From assembly GCA_964016885.1 (NCBI GenBank), contig OZ024740.1, positions 13,516,001 to 13,580,000 of the forward strand: a stretch of 64,000 bases of DNA. The letters are read 5' to 3'. Below are positions 11,201 to 24,680 of this stretch, one piece after another. A program made the position numbers and the translations under genes. The DNA is from Eledone cirrhosa. Its lineage: Eukaryota. The notes beneath the pieces were generated by a model. That model saw nothing but the letters and a program-made list of their open reading frames with translations, was not told where the DNA came from and searched no databases. How positions within the stretch are numbered: the first letter of the stretch is position 1; every line of letters starts with the position of its first letter.

Positions 11201-13713
11201 TGGTAGTCAAAATGGTGTTCTGGTAGTCAGAATGGTGTTCTGGTAGTCAGAATGGTGTTCTGGTAGTCAGAATGGTGTTCTAGTAGTCAAAATGGTGTTC
11301 TGGTAGTCATAATGGTGTTCTGGTAGTCAGAATTGTGTTCTGGTAGTCAGAATGGTGTTCTGGTAGTCACAATGGTGTTCTGGTAGTCAGAATGTTTTTT
11401 CTGGTAGTCAAAATGGTGTTCTGGTAGTCAGAATGGTGTTCTGGTAGTCAGAATGGTGTTCTGGTAGTCAAAATGGTGTTCTGATAGTCACAATGGTGTT
11501 CTGGTAGTCAGACTGGTGTTCTGGTAGTCAGAATGGTGTTCTGGTAGTCAGAATAGTTCTGGTAGTCAGACTGATGTTCTGGTAGTCAGAATGGTGTTCT
11601 GGTAGTCAGACTGGTGTTCTGGTAGTCAGACTGGTGTTTTTGGTAGTCAGAATGGTGTTCTGGTAGTCAGAATGGTGTTCTGGTAGTCAGACTTATGTTC
11701 TGGTAGTCAGAATTTTGTTCTGGTAGTCAGAATGGTGTTCTAATAGTCAGAATGTTGTTCTGGTAGTCAGAATGGTGTTCTGGTAGTCAGAATGGTGTTC
11801 TGGTAGTCAGAATGGTGTTCTGTTAGTCAAAATGGTGTTCTGGTAGTCAAAATGGTGTTCTGGTAGTCAGAATGGTGTTCTGGTAGTCAGAATGGTGTTC
11901 TGGTAGTCAGAATGGTGTTCTGGTAGTCAAAATGGTGTTCTGGTATTCAAAATGGTGTTCTGATAGTCAGACTGGTGTTCTGGTAGTCAGACTGGTGTTC
12001 TAGTAGTCAGAATAGTTCTGGTAGTCAGACTGATGTTTTGGTAGTCAGAATGGTGTTCTGGTAGTCAAACTGGTGTTCTGGTAGTCAGACTGGTGTTCTG
12101 GTAGTCAAAATGGTGTTCTGGTAGTCAAAATGGTGTTCTGCTAGTCAGAATGGTGTTCTGGTAGTCAGACTGGTGTTCTAGTAGTCATAATGGTGTTCTG
12201 GTAGTCAGAATGGTGTTCTGGTAGTCAGACTGATGTTCTGGTAGTCAGAATGGTGTTCTGCTAGTCAGAATGGTGTTCTGGCAGTCAGACTGGTGTTCTG
12301 GTAGTGAGAATGGTGTTCTGGTAGTCAGAATGGTGTTCTGGTAGTCAGAATGGTGTTCTGGTAGTCAGAATGGTGTTCTGGTAGTCAGAATGGTGTTCTT
12401 GTAGTCAGACTGCTGTTCTGGTAGTCAGAATGGTGTTCTGGTAGTCAGACTGATGTTCTGGTAGTCAGACTGGTGTTCTGGTAGTCAGACTGGTGTTCTG
12501 GTAGTCAGACTGGTGTTCTGGTAGTCAGAATGGTGTTCTGGTAGTCAGAATGGTGTTCTGGTAGTCAGAATGGTGTTCTGGTAGTTAGAATGGATTTTCT
12601 GGTAGTCAGAATGGTGTTCTGGTAGTCCGAATGGTGTTCCGGTAGTCAGAATGGTGTTCTGGTAGTCAGACTGCTATTCTGGTAGTCAGACTGGTGTTCT
12701 GGTAGTCAGACTTGTTCTGGTAGTCAGACTAGTGTTCTGGTAGTCAGACTGGTGTTCTGGTAGTCAGAATGGTGTTCTGGTAGTTAGAATGGTTCTGGTA
12801 GTCAGAATGGTCTTCTGGTAGTCAGAATGGTGTTCTGGTAGTCAGACTGGTGTTCTGGTAGTCAGAATGGTGTTCTGGTAGTCAGCCTGGTGTTCTGGTA
12901 GTCAGACTGCTATTCTGGTAGTCAGACTGGTGTTCTGGTAGTCAGACTTGTTCTGGTAGTCAGACTAGTGTTCTGGCAGTCAGACTGGTGTTCTGGTAGT
13001 CAGAATGGTGTTCTGGTAGTCAGAATGGTTCTGATAGTCAGAATGGTTCTGGTAGTCAGAATGGTTCTGGTAGTCAGAAGGGTGTTCTGGTAGTCAGAAT
13101 GGTGTTCTGGTAGTCAGAATGGTGTTCTGGTAGTCAGACTGGTGCTATGGTAGTTACAATGGTGTTCTGGTAGTCAGAATGGTTCTGGTAGTGAGAATGG
13201 TGTTCTGGTAGTCAGAATGGTGTTCTGGTAGTCAGAATGGTGTTCTGGTAGTCAGAATGGTTCTGGTAGTGAGAATGGTGTTCTGGTAGTCAGAATGGTC
13301 TTCTGGTAGTCAGAATGGTGTTCTGCTAGTCAGAATGGTGTTCTGGTAGTCAGACTGGTGTTCTGGTAGTCAGAATGGTGTTCTGGTAGTCAGAATGGTG
13401 TTCTGGTAGTCAGAATGGTTCTGGTAGTGAGAATGGTGTTCTGGTAGTCAGAATGGTGTTCTGGTAGTCAGAATGGTGTTCTGGTAGTCAGAATGGTGTT
13501 CTGGTAGTCAGACTGGTGTTCTGGTAGTCAGAATGGTGTTCTGGTAGTCAGACTGATGTTCTGATAGTCAGACTGGTGTTCTGGTAGTCAGACTGGTGTT
13601 CTGGTAGTCAGAATGGTGTTCTGGTAGTCAGAATGGTTCTGGTAGTCAGAATGGTTTTCTGGTAGTCAGAATGGTGTTGTGGTAGTCAGAATGGTCTTCT
13701 GGTAGTCAGAATG
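5207..13713 (+). repeat. Higher-order repeat: copy 1 of an 8,507-bp tandem duplication
   Basis: Rare variants recur at a constant +8507 offset: TAGACAG 5234/13741, GTTCAGG (A) 6009/14516, TTCTCG (C) 7070/15577, GTCGAC 8663/17170, GCTATGG 13144/21651. Confidence 0.93.
8330..9420 (+). repeat. SalI-marked variant block (type A); paralogues around GTCGAC at 17170, 31395, 43146 and 53372
   Basis: Ordered variants GGAGTTTTGGTATTC, GTGAGA, CCTGATG...GTCGAC, CATATTGGTG, CTAATAG, GATGTTTTGG, CCGAATAGTGTCC, AATATTATTC. Confidence 0.88.
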
Positions 13714-13740
13714 GTTCTGGTAGTCAGAATGGTGTTCTGG
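12000..13740 (+). repeat. Diverged, indel-rich sub-domain (18-bp monomers, ACTGG-type monomers); paralogues at ~20.5-22.75k, 34.2-36.5k, 46.1-48.3k, 56.3-58.45k and 62.7-64k
   Basis: Frequent phase shifts from 18-mers. Shared markers GGATTTTC, GTTCCGG (TTTCGG in the last copy), GCTATTC, AGAAGGG and GCTATGGTAGTTACAAT. No GTCAAAAT monomer seen between ~12130 and 13980. Confidence 0.85.
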
Positions 13741-16700
13741 TAGACAGACTGGTGTTCTGGTAGTCAGACTGGTATTCTGGTAGTCAGACTGGTCTTCTGG
13801 TAGTCAGACTTGTTCTGATAGTCAGCCTGGTGTTCTGGTAGTCAGAATGGTGTTCTGGTAGTCAGAATGGTGTTCTGGTAGTCAGAACGATGTTCTGGTA
13901 GTCAGACTGGAGTTTTGGTAGTCAGAATGGTGTTCTGATAGTCAGAATGGTGTTCTGGTAGTCAGAATGGTGTTCTGGTAGTCAAAATGGTGTTCTGGTA
14001 GTCAGAATGGTGTTCTGGTAGTCAGAATGGTGTTCTGGTAGTCAAAATGGTGTTCTGTTAGTCAAAATGGTGTTCTGGTAGTCAGAAAGGTGTTCTGGTT
14101 GTCAGAATGGTGTTCTGGTAGTCAGAATGGTGTTCTGGCAGTCTGAATGGTGTTCTGGTCGTCAGAATGGTGTTCTGGTAGTCAGACTGGTGTTCTGGTA
14201 GTCAGAATGGTGTTCTGGTAGTCAGAATGGTGTTCTGGTAGTCAGAATGATGTTCTGGTAGTCAAAATGGTGTTCTGGTAGTCAGAAAAGTGTTCTAGTA
14301 GTCAGAGTGGTGTTCTGGTAGTCAAAATGGTGTTCTGGTAGTCAGAATTGTGTTCTGATAGTCAAAATGGTGTTCTGGTAGTCAAAATGGTGTTCTGGTA
14401 GTCAGAATGGTGTTCTGGTAGTCAGAATGGTGTTCTGGTAGTCAGAATGGTGTTCTGGTAGTCAGAATGGTGTTCTGGTAGTCAAAATGGTGTTCTGGTA
14501 GTCAGAATGGTGTTCAGGTAGTCAAAATGGTGTTCTGGTAGTCAAAATGGTGTTCTGGTAGTCAGAATGGTGTTCTGGTAGTCAGAATGGTGTTCTGGTA
14601 GTCAGAATGGTGTTCTGGTATTCAGACTGATGTTCTGGTAGTCAGAATGGTGTTCTGGTAGTCAGACTGGTGTTCTGGTAGTCAGAATGGTGTTCTGGTA
14701 GTCAGAATGATGTTCTGGTAGTCAAAATGGTGTTCTGGTAGTCAGAAAAGTGTTCTGGTAGTCAGAATTGTGTTCTGATAGTCAAAATGGTGTTCTGGTA
14801 GTCAGAATGGTGTTCTGGTAGTCAGAATGGTGTTCTGGTAGTCAGAATGGTGTTCTGGTAGTCAGAATGGTGTTCTGGTAGTCAAAATGGTGTTCTGGTA
14901 GTCAGAATGGTGTTCTGGTAGTCAAAATGGTGTTCTGGTAGTCAAAATGGTGTTCTGGTAGTCAGAATGGTGTTCTGGTAGTCAGAATGGTGTTCTGGTA
15001 GTCAGAATGGTGTTCTGGTATTCAGACTGATGTTCTGGTAGTCAGAATGGTGTTCTGGTAGTCAGAATGGCGTTCTGGTAGTCAAAATGGTTTTATGGTA
15101 GTCAGAATGGTGTTCTGGTAGTCAGAATGGTGTTCTGGTAGTCAGAATGGTGTTCTGGTAGTCAGAATGGTGTTCTGGTAGTCAGACTGATGTTCTGGTA
15201 GTCAGAATGGTGTTCTGTTAGTCAGAATGGTGTTGTGGTAGTCAGAATGATGTTCTGATATTCAAAATGGTGTTCTGGTAGTCAGAATGGTGTTCTGGTA
15301 GTCAGAATGGTGTTCTGGTAGTCAGAATGGTGTTCTGGTAGTCAGAATGGTGTTCTGGTAGTCAGAATGGTGTTCTGGTAGTCAGACTGATGTTCTGGTA
15401 GTCAGAATGGTGTTCTGGTAGTCAGAATGGTGTTCTGGTAGTCAAAATGGTGTTCTGGTAGTCAGAATGGTGTTCTGATAGTCAGAATGGTGTTCTGGTA
15501 GTCAGAATGGTGTTCTGGTAGTCAAAATGGTATTCTGGTAGTCAGAATGGTGTTCTGGTAGTCAGAATGGTGTTCTCGTAGTCAAAATGGTGTTCTGTTA
15601 GTCAAAATGGTGTTCTGGTAGTCAGAAAGTTGTTCTGGTTGTCAGAATGGTGTTCTGGTAGTCAGAATGGTGTTCTGGCAGTCAGAATGGTGTTCTGGTA
15701 GTCAGAATGGTGTTCTGGTAGTCAGACTGGTGTTCTGGTAGTCAGAATGGTGTTCTGGTAGTCAGAATGGTGTTCTGGTAGTCAGAATGATGTTCTGGTA
15801 GTCAAAATGGTGTTCTGGTAGTCAGAATAGTGTTCTAGTAGTCAGAGTGGTGTTCTGGTAGTCAAAATGGTGTTCTGGTAGTCAGAATTGTGTTCTGATA
15901 GTCAAAATGGTGTTCTGGTAGTCAAAATGGTGTTCTGGTAGTCAGAATGGTGTTCTGGTAGTCAGAATGGTGTTCTGGTAGTCAGAATGGTGTTCTGGTA
16001 GTCAGAATGGTGTTCTGGTAGTCAAAATGGTGTTCTGGTAGTCAGAATGGTGTTCTGGTAGTCAAAATGGTGTTCTGGTAGTCAAAATGGTGTTCTGGTA
16101 GTCAGAATGGTGTTCTGGTAATCAGAATGGTGTTCTGGTAGTCAGAATGGTGTTCTGGTATTCAGACTGATGTTCTGGTAGTCAGAATGGTGTTCTGGTA
16201 GTCAGAATGGCGTTCTGGTAGTCAAAATGGATTTATGGTAGTCAGAATGGTGTTCTGGTAGTCAGAATGGTGTTTTGATAGTCAGAATGGTGTTCTGGTA
16301 GTCAGACTGATGTTCTGGTAGTCAGAATGGTGTTCTGTTAGTCAGAATGGTGTTCTGGTAGTCAGAATGATTTTCTGGTAGTCAAAATGGTGTTCTGGTA
16401 GTCAGAATGGTGTTCTGGTAGTCAGAATGGTGTTCTGGTAGTCAAAATGGTGTTCTGGTAGTCAGAATGGTGTTCTGATAGTCAAAATGGTGTTCTGGTA
16501 GTCAAAATGGTGTTCTGGTAGTCAGAATGGTGTTCTGGTAGTCAGAATGGTGTTTTGGTAGTCAGAATGGTGTTCTGGTAGTCAAAATGGTGTTCTGGTA
16601 GTCAAAATGGTGTTCTGTTAGTCAGGATGGTGTTCTGGTAGTCAAAATGGTGTTTTGGTACTCAGAATGGTGTTCTGGTAGTCAGAATCGTGTTCTGGTA

Positions 16701-19700
16701 GTCAGAATGGTGTTCTGGTAGTCAGAATGGTGTTCTGGTAGACAGGATGGTGTTCTGGTAGTCAGAATGGTGTTCTGGTATACAAAATGGTGTTCTGGTA
16801 GTCAAAATGGTGTTCTGGTAGTCAGAATGGTGTTCTGGTAGACAGACTGGTGTTCTGGTAGTCAGACTGGTATTCTGGTAGTCAGACTGGTCTTCTGGTA
16901 GTCAGACTTGTTCTGATAGTCAGACTGGTGTTCTGGTAGTCAGAATGGTGTTCTGGTAGTCAGAATCGTGTTCTGGTAGTCAGAACGGTGTTCTGGTAGT
17001 CAGACTGGAGTTTTGGTATTCAGACTGGTGTTCTGGTAGTCAGATTGGTGTTCTGGTAATCAGAATGGTTCTGGTAGTCAGAATGGTGTTCTGGTAGTGA
17101 GAATGGTTCTGGTAGTCAGAATGGTTCTGGTAGTCAGAATGGTGTTCTGGTAGTCAGCCTGATGTTCTGGTCGACAGACTGGTGTTCTGGTAGTCAGACT
17201 GGTGTTCTGGTAGTCAGCCTGATGTTCTGGTAGACAGACTGGTGTTCTGGTAGTCAGCCTGATGTTCTGGTAGTCATATTGGTGTTCTGGTAGTCAGCCT
17301 GATGTTCTGGTAGTCAGAATGGTGTTCTGGTAGTCAGACTGATGTTCTGGTAGTCAGAATTGTGTTCTGGCAGTCAGAATGGTGTTCTAATAGTCAGAAT
17401 GGTGTTCTGGTAGTCAGAATGGTGTTCTGGTAGTCAGAATGTTGTTCTGGTAGTCAGAATCGTGTTCTGGTAGTCAGAATGGTGTTCTGGTAGTCAGAAT
17501 GGTGTTCTGGTAGTCAGAATGGTGTTCTGGTAGTCAGACTGATGTTTTGGTAGTCAGAATGGTGTTCTGGTAGTCCGAATAGTGTCCTGGTAGTCAGACT
17601 GGTGTTCTGGTAGTCAGACTAGTGTTCTGGTAGTCAGAATGGTGTTCTGGTAGTCAGAATGTTGTTCTGGTAGTCAGACTGGTGTTCTATTAGTCAGAAT
17701 GGTGTTCTGGTAGTCAGCCTGATGTTCTGGTAGTCAGAATATTATTCTGGTAGTCAGACTGGTGTTCTGGTAGTCAGACTGGTGTTCTGGTAGTCAGAAT
17801 GGTGTTCTGGTAGTCATAATTGTGTTCTGGTAGTCAGAATGGTGTTCTAGTAGTCAGAATGGTGTTCTGCTAGTCAGAATGGTGTTCTGGTAGTCAGAAT
17901 GGTGTTCTGGTAGTCAGAATCGTGTTCTGGTAGTCAGAATGGTGTTCTGGTAGTCAGAATGGTGTTCTGTTAGTCAGAATGGTGTTCTGGTAGTCAGAAT
18001 GGTGTTCTGGTAGTCAGACTGATGTTCTGGTAGTCAGAATGGTGTTCTGTTAGTCAGAATGGTGTTCTGGTAGTCAGAATGATGTTCTGGTAGTCAGAAT
18101 GGTGTTCTGGTAGTGAAAATGGTGTTCTGGTAGTCAGAATGGTGTTCTGATAGTCAGAATGGTGTTCTGGTAGTCAAAATGGTGTTCTGGTAGTCAGAAT
18201 GGTGTTCTGGTAGTCAGAATGGTGTTTTGGTAGTCAGAATGGTGTTCTGGTAGTCACAATGGTGTTCTGGTAGTCAAAATGGTGTTCTGGTAGTCAGACT
18301 GGTGTTCTGGTAGACAGACTGGTGTTCTAGTAGTCATTATGGTGTTCTGGTAGTCAGAATGGTGTTCTGGTAGTCAGAATGGTGTTCTGGTAGTCAGAAT
18401 GGTGTTCTGGTAGTCAAAATGGTGTTCTGGTAGTCAAAATGGTGTTCTGGTAGTCAGAATGGTGTTCTGGTAGTCAGAATGGTGTTCTGGTAGTCAGAAT
18501 GGTGTTCTGGTAGTCAGAATGGTGTTCTGTTAATCAGACTGATGTTCTGGTAGTCAGAATGGTGTTCTGGTAGTCAGAATGATGTTCTGGTAGTCAAAAT
18601 GGTGTTCTGGTAGTCAGAATGGTGTTCTGATAGTCAGAATGGTGTTCTGGTAGTCAGAATGGTGTTCTGGTAGTCAGAATGGTGTTCTGGTAGTCAGAAT
18701 GGTGTTCTGGTAGTCAGAATGGTGTTCTGGTAGTCAAAATGGTGTTCTGTTAGTCAAAATGGTGTTCTGGTAGTCAGAAAGGTGTTCTGGTTGTCAGAAT
18801 GGTGTTCTGGTAGTCAGAATGGTGTTCTGGCAGTCAGAATGGTGTTCTGGTAGTCAGAATGGTGTTCTGGTAGTCAGACTGGTGTTCTGGTAGTCAGAAT
18901 GGTGTTCTGGTAGTCAGAATGGTGTTCTGGTAGTCAGAATGATGTTCTGGTAGTCAAAATGGTGTTCTGGTAGTCAGATTAGTGTTCTAGTAGTCAGAGT
19001 GGTGTTCTGGTAGTCAAAATGGTGTTCTGGTAGTCAGAATTGTGTTCTGGTAGTCAAAATGGTGTTCTGGTAGTCAGAATGGTGTTCTGGTAGTCAGAAT
19101 GGTGTTCTGGTAGTCAGAATGGTGTTCTGGTAGTCAGAATGGTGTTCTGGTAGTCAGAATGGTGTTCTGGTAGTCAAAATGGTGTTCTGGTAGTCAAAAT
19201 GGTGTTCTGGTAGTCAGAATGGTGTTCTGGTAGTCAGAATGGTGTTCTGGTAGTCAGAATGGTGTTCTGGTAGTCAGAATGGTGTTCTGGTAGTCAGAAT
19301 GGCGTTCTGGTAGTCAAAATGGTTTTATGGTAGTCAGAATGGTGTTCTGGTAGTCAGAATGGTGTTCTGGTAGTCAGAATGGTGTTCTGGTAGTCAAAAT
19401 GGTGTTCTGGTAGTCAGAATGGTGTTCTGGTAGTCAGAATGGTGTTCTGGTAGTCAGAATGGTGTTCTAGTAGTCAAAATGGTGTTCTGGTAGTCATAAT
19501 GGTGTTCTGGTAGTCAGAATGGTGTTCTGGTAGTCAGAATGGTGTTCTGGTAGTCAGAATGGTGTTCTGGTAGTCAGAATGGTGTTCTGGTAGTCAGAAT
19601 GGTGTTCTGGTAGTCAGAATGGCGTTCTGGTAGTCAAAATGGTTTTATGGTAGTCAGAATGGTGTTCTGGTAGTCAGAATGGTGTTCTGGTAGTCAGAAT

Positions 19701-22220
19701 GGTGTTCTGGTAGTCAAAATGGTGTTCTGGTAGTCAGAATGGTGTTCTGGTAGTCAGAATGGTGTTCTGGTAGTCAGAATGGTGTTCTAGTAGTCAAAAT
19801 GGTGTTCTGGTAGTCATAATGGTGTTCTGGTAGTCAGAATTGTGTTCTGGTAGTCAGAATGGTGTTCTGGTAGTCACAATGGTGTTCTGGTAGTCAGAAT
19901 GTTTTTTCTGGTAGTCAAAATGGTGTTCTGGTAGTCAGAATGGTGTTCTGGTAGTCAGAATGGTGTTCTGGTAGTCAAAATGGTGTTCTGATAGTCACAA
20001 TGGTGTTCTGGTAGTCAGACTGGTGTTCTGGTAGTCAGAATGGTGTTCTGGTAGTCAGAATAGTTCTGGTAGTCAGACTGATGTTCTGGTAGTCAGAATG
20101 GTGTTCTGGTAGTCAGACTGGTGTTCTGGTAGTCAGACTGGTGTTTTTGGTAGTCAGAATGGTGTTCTGGTAGTCAGAATGGTGTTCTGGTAGTCAGACT
20201 TATGTTCTGGTAGTCAGAATTTTGTTCTGGTAGTCAGAATGGTGTTCTAATAGTCAGAATGTTGTTCTGGTAGTCAGAATGGTGTTCTGGTAGTCAGAAT
20301 GGTGTTCTGGTAGTCAGAATGGTGTTCTGTTAGTCAAAATGGTGTTCTGGTAGTCAAAATGGTGTTCTGGTAGTCAGAATGGTGTTCTGGTAGTCAGAAT
20401 GGTGTTCTGGTAGTCAGAATGGTGTTCTGGTAGTCAAAATGGTGTTCTGGTATTCAAAATGGTGTTCTGGTAGTCAGACTGGTGTTCTGGTAGTCAGACT
20501 GGTGTTCTAGTAGTCAGAATAGTTCTGGTAGTCAGACTGATGTTTTGGTAGTCAGAATGGTGTTCTGGTAGTCAAACTGGTGTTCTGGTAGTCAGACTGG
20601 TGTTCTGGTAGTCAAAATGGTGTTCTGGTAGTCAAAATGGTGTTCTGCTAGTCAGAATGGTGTTCTGGTAGTCAGACTGGTGTTCTAGTAGTCATAATGG
20701 TGTTCTGGTAGTCAGAATGGTGTTCTGGTAGTCAGACTGATGTTCTGGTAGTCAGAATGGTGTTCTGCTAGTCAGAATGGTGTTCTGGCAGTCAGACTGG
20801 TGTTCTGGTAGTGAGAATGGTGTTCTGGTAGTCAGAATGGTGTTCTGGTAGTCAGAATGGTGTTCTGGTAGTCAGAATGGTGTTCTGGTAGTCAGAATGG
20901 TGTTCTTGTAGTCAGACTGCTGTTCTGGTAGTCAGAATGGTGTTCTGGTAGTCAGACTGATGTTCTGGTAGTCAGACTGGTGTTCTGGTAGTCAGACTGG
21001 TGTTCTGGTAGTCAGACTGGTGTTCTGGTAGTCAGAATGGTGTTCTGGTAGTCAGAATGGTGTTCTGGTAGTCAGAATGGTGTTCTGGTAGTTAGAATGG
21101 ATTTTCTGGTAGTCAGAATGGTGTTCTGGTAGTCCGAATGGTGTTCCGGTAGTCAGAATGGTGTTCTGGTAGTCAGACTGCTATTCTGGTAGTCAGACTG
21201 GTGTTCTGGTAGTCAGACTTGTTCTGGTAGTCAGACTAGTGTTCTGGTAGTCAGACTGGTGTTCTGGTAGTCAGAATGGTGTTCTGGTAGTTAGAATGGT
21301 TCTGGTAGTCAGAATGGTCTTCTGGTAGTCAGAATGGTGTTCTGGTAGTCAGACTGGTGTTCTGGTAGTCAGAATGGTGTTCTGGTAGTCAGCCTGGTGT
21401 TCTGGTAGTCAGACTGCTATTCTGGTAGTCAGACTGGTGTTCTGGTAGTCAGACTTGTTCTGGTAGTCAGACTAGTGTTCTGGCAGTCAGACTGGTGTTC
21501 TGGTAGTCAGAATGGTGTTCTGGTAGTCAGAATGGTTCTGATAGTCAGAATGGTTCTGGTAGTCAGAATGGTTCTGGTAGTCAGAAGGGTGTTCTGGTAG
21601 TCAGAATGGTGTTCTGGTAGTCAGAATGGTGTTCTGGTAGTCAGACTGGTGCTATGGTAGTTACAATGGTGTTCTGGTAGTCAGAATGGTTCTGGTAGTG
21701 AGAATGGTGTTCTGGTAGTCAGAATGGTGTTCTGGTAGTCAGAATGGTGTTCTGGTAGTCAGAATGGTTCTGGTAGTGAGAATGGTGTTCTGGTAGTCAG
21801 AATGGTCTTCTGGTAGTCAGAATGGTGTTCTGCTAGTCAGAATGGTGTTCTGGTAGTCAGACTGGTGTTCTGGTAGTCAGAATGGTGTTCTGGTAGTCAG
21901 AATGGTGTTCTGGTAGTCAGAATGGTTCTGGTAGTGAGAATGGTGTTCTGGTAGTCAGAATGGTGTTCTGGTAGTCAGAATGGTGTTCTGGTAGTCAGAA
22001 TGGTGTTCTGGTAGTCAGACTGGTGTTCTGGTAGTCAGAATGGTGTTCTGGTAGTCAGACTGATGTTCTGATAGTCAGACTGGTGTTCTGGTAGTCAGAC
22101 TGGTGTTCTGGTAGTCAGAATGGTGTTCTGGTAGTCAGAATGGTTCTGGTAGTCAGAATGGTTTTCTGGTAGTCAGAATGGTGTTGTGGTAGTCAGAATG
22201 GTCTTCTGGTAGTCAGAATG
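13714..22220 (+). repeat. Higher-order repeat: copy 2 of the 8,507-bp tandem duplication
   Basis: Same markers as copy 1 at +8507. Homology runs to ~22250, where TAGTCAG replaces TAGACAG. Differences noticed: A7605 vs G16112 and A11963 vs G20470. Confidence 0.93.
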
Positions 22221-23619
22221 GTTCTGGTAGTCAGAATGGTGTTCTGGTAGTCAGAATGGTGTTCTGGTAGTCAGAATGGTTCTGGTAGTCAGAATGGTTC
22301 TGGTAGTCAGAATGGTGTTCTGGTAGTCAGAATGGTGTTGTGGTAGTCAGAATGGTGTTCTGGTAGTCAGAATGGTTCTGGTAGTCAGAAAGGTTCTGGT
22401 AGTCAGAAAGGTGTTCTGGTAGTCAGAATGGTGTTCTGGTAGTCAGAATGGTGTTCTGGTATACAGACTTGTGTTCTGGTAATCAGACTGGTGTTCATGT
22501 AGTCAGAATGGTGTTCTGGTAGTCAGACTGGTGTTCTCGTAGTCAGACTGGTGTTCTGGTAGTCAGAATGGTGTTCTGGTAGTCAGAATGGTGTTCTGGT
22601 AGTCAGAATGGTGTTCTGGTAGTCAGAATGATATTCTTGTAGTCAGAATGGTGTTCCGGTAGTCAGAATGGTGTTCCGGTAGTCAGAATAGTGTTATGGT
22701 AATCAGAATGGTGTTCTAGTAGTCAGAAGGGTTCTGGTAGTCAGAATGGTGTTCTGGTAGTCAGAATGGTGTTCTGGTAGTCAGAATGATTTTCTGGTAG
22801 TCAAAATGGTGTTCTGGTAGTCAGAATGGTGTTCTGGTAGTCAGAATGGTGTTCTGGTAGTCAAAATGGTGTTCTGGTAGTCAGAATGGTGTTCTGATAG
22901 TCAAAATGGTGTTCTGGTAGTCAAAATGGTGTTCTGGTAGTCAGAATGGTGTTCTGGTAGTCAGAATGGTGTTTTGGTAGTCAGAATGGTGTTCTGGTAG
23001 TCAAAATGGTGTTCTGGTAGTCAAAATGGTGTTCTGGTAGTCAGACTGGTGTTCTGGTAGTCAGACTGGTGTTCTAGTAGTCATTATGGTGTTCTGGTAG
23101 TCAGAATGGTGTTCTGGTAGTCAGAATGGTGTTCTGGTAGTCAGAATGGTGTTCTGGTAGTCAAAATGGTGTTCTGGTAGTCAGAATGGTGTTCTGGTAG
23201 TCAGAATGGTGTTCTGGTAGTCAGAATGGTGTTCTGGTAGTCAGACTGATGTTCTGGTAGTCAGAATGGTGTTCTGGTAGTCAGAATGGTGTTCTGGTAG
23301 TCAAAATGGTGTTCTGGTAGTCAGAATGGTGTTCTGGTAGTCAGAATGGTGTTCTAGTAGTCAGAATGGTGTTCTGGTAGTCAAAATGGTGTTCTGTTAG
23401 TCAGGATGGTGTTCTGGTAGTCAAAATGGTGTTTTGGTACTCAGAATGGTGTTCTGGTAGTCAGAATCGTGTTCTGGTAGTCAGAATGGTGTTCTGGTAG
23501 TCAGAATGGTGTTCTGGTAGACAGGATGGTGTTCTGGTAGTCAGAATGGTGTTCTGGTATACAAAATGGTGTTCTGGTAGTCAAAATGGTGTTCTGGTAG
23601 TCAGAATGGTGTTCTGGTA

Positions 23620-24680
23620 GACAGACTGGTGTTCTGGTAGTCAGACTGGTATTCTGGTAGTCAGACTGGTCTTCTTGTAGTCAGACTTGTTCTGATAGTC
23701 AGACTGGTGTTCTGGTAGTCAGAATGGTGTTCTGGTAGTCAGAATGGTGTTCTGGTAGTCAGAACGGTGTTCTGGTAGTCAGACTGGAGTTTTGGTATTC
23801 AGACTGGTGTTCTGGTAGTCAGATTGGTGTTCTGGTAATCAGAATGGTTCTGGTAGTCAGAATGGTTCTGGTAGTCAGAATGGTGTTCTGGTAGTCAGCC
23901 TGATGTTCTGGTCGACAGACTGGTGTTCTGGTAGTCAGACTGGTGTTCTGGTAGTCAGCCTTATGTTCTGGTAGACAGACTGGTGTTCTGGTAGTCAGCC
24001 TGATGTTCTGGTAGTCATATTGGGGTTCTGGTAGTCAGCCTGATGTTCTGGTAGTCAGAATGGTGTTCTGGTAGTCAGACTGATGTTCTGGTAGTCAGAA
24101 TTGTGTTCTGGCAGTCAGAATGGTGTTCTAATAGTCAGAATGGTGTTCTGGTAGTCAGAATGGTGTTCTGGTAGTCAGAATGTTGTTCTGGTAGTCAGAA
24201 TCGTGTTCTGGTAGTCAGAATGGTGTTCTGGTAGTCAGAATGGTGTTCTGGTAGTCAGAATGGTGTTCTGGTAGTCAGACTGATGTTCTGGTAGTCAGAA
24301 TGGTGTTCTGGTAGTCCGAATAGTGTCCTGGTAGTCAGACTGGTGTTCTGGTAGTCAGACTAGTGTTCTGGTAGTCAGAATGGTGTTCTGGTAGTCAGAA
24401 TGTTGTTCTGGTAGTCAGACTGGTGTTCTATTAGTCAGAATGGTGTTCTGGTAGTCAGCCTGATGTTCTGGTAGTCAGAATATTATTCTGGTAGTCAGAC
24501 TGGTGTTCTGGTAGTCAGACTGGTGTTCTGGTAGTCAGAATGGTGTTCTGGTAGTCATAATTGTGTTCTGGTAGTCAGAATGGTGTTCTAGTAGTCAGAA
24601 TGGTGTTCTGCTAGTCAGAATGGTGTTCTGGTAGTCAGAATGGTGTTCTGGTAGTCAGAATCGTGTTCTGGTAGTCACAA
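23620..24680 (+). repeat. SalI-marked variant block (type B); paralogues around GTCGAC at 49326 and 59611
   Basis: Same order as type A but with diagnostic CTTCTTGTAG, GCCTTATG, CATATTGGGG and TCACAA, and lacking the GTGAGA monomer upstream of the SalI site. Confidence 0.88.
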
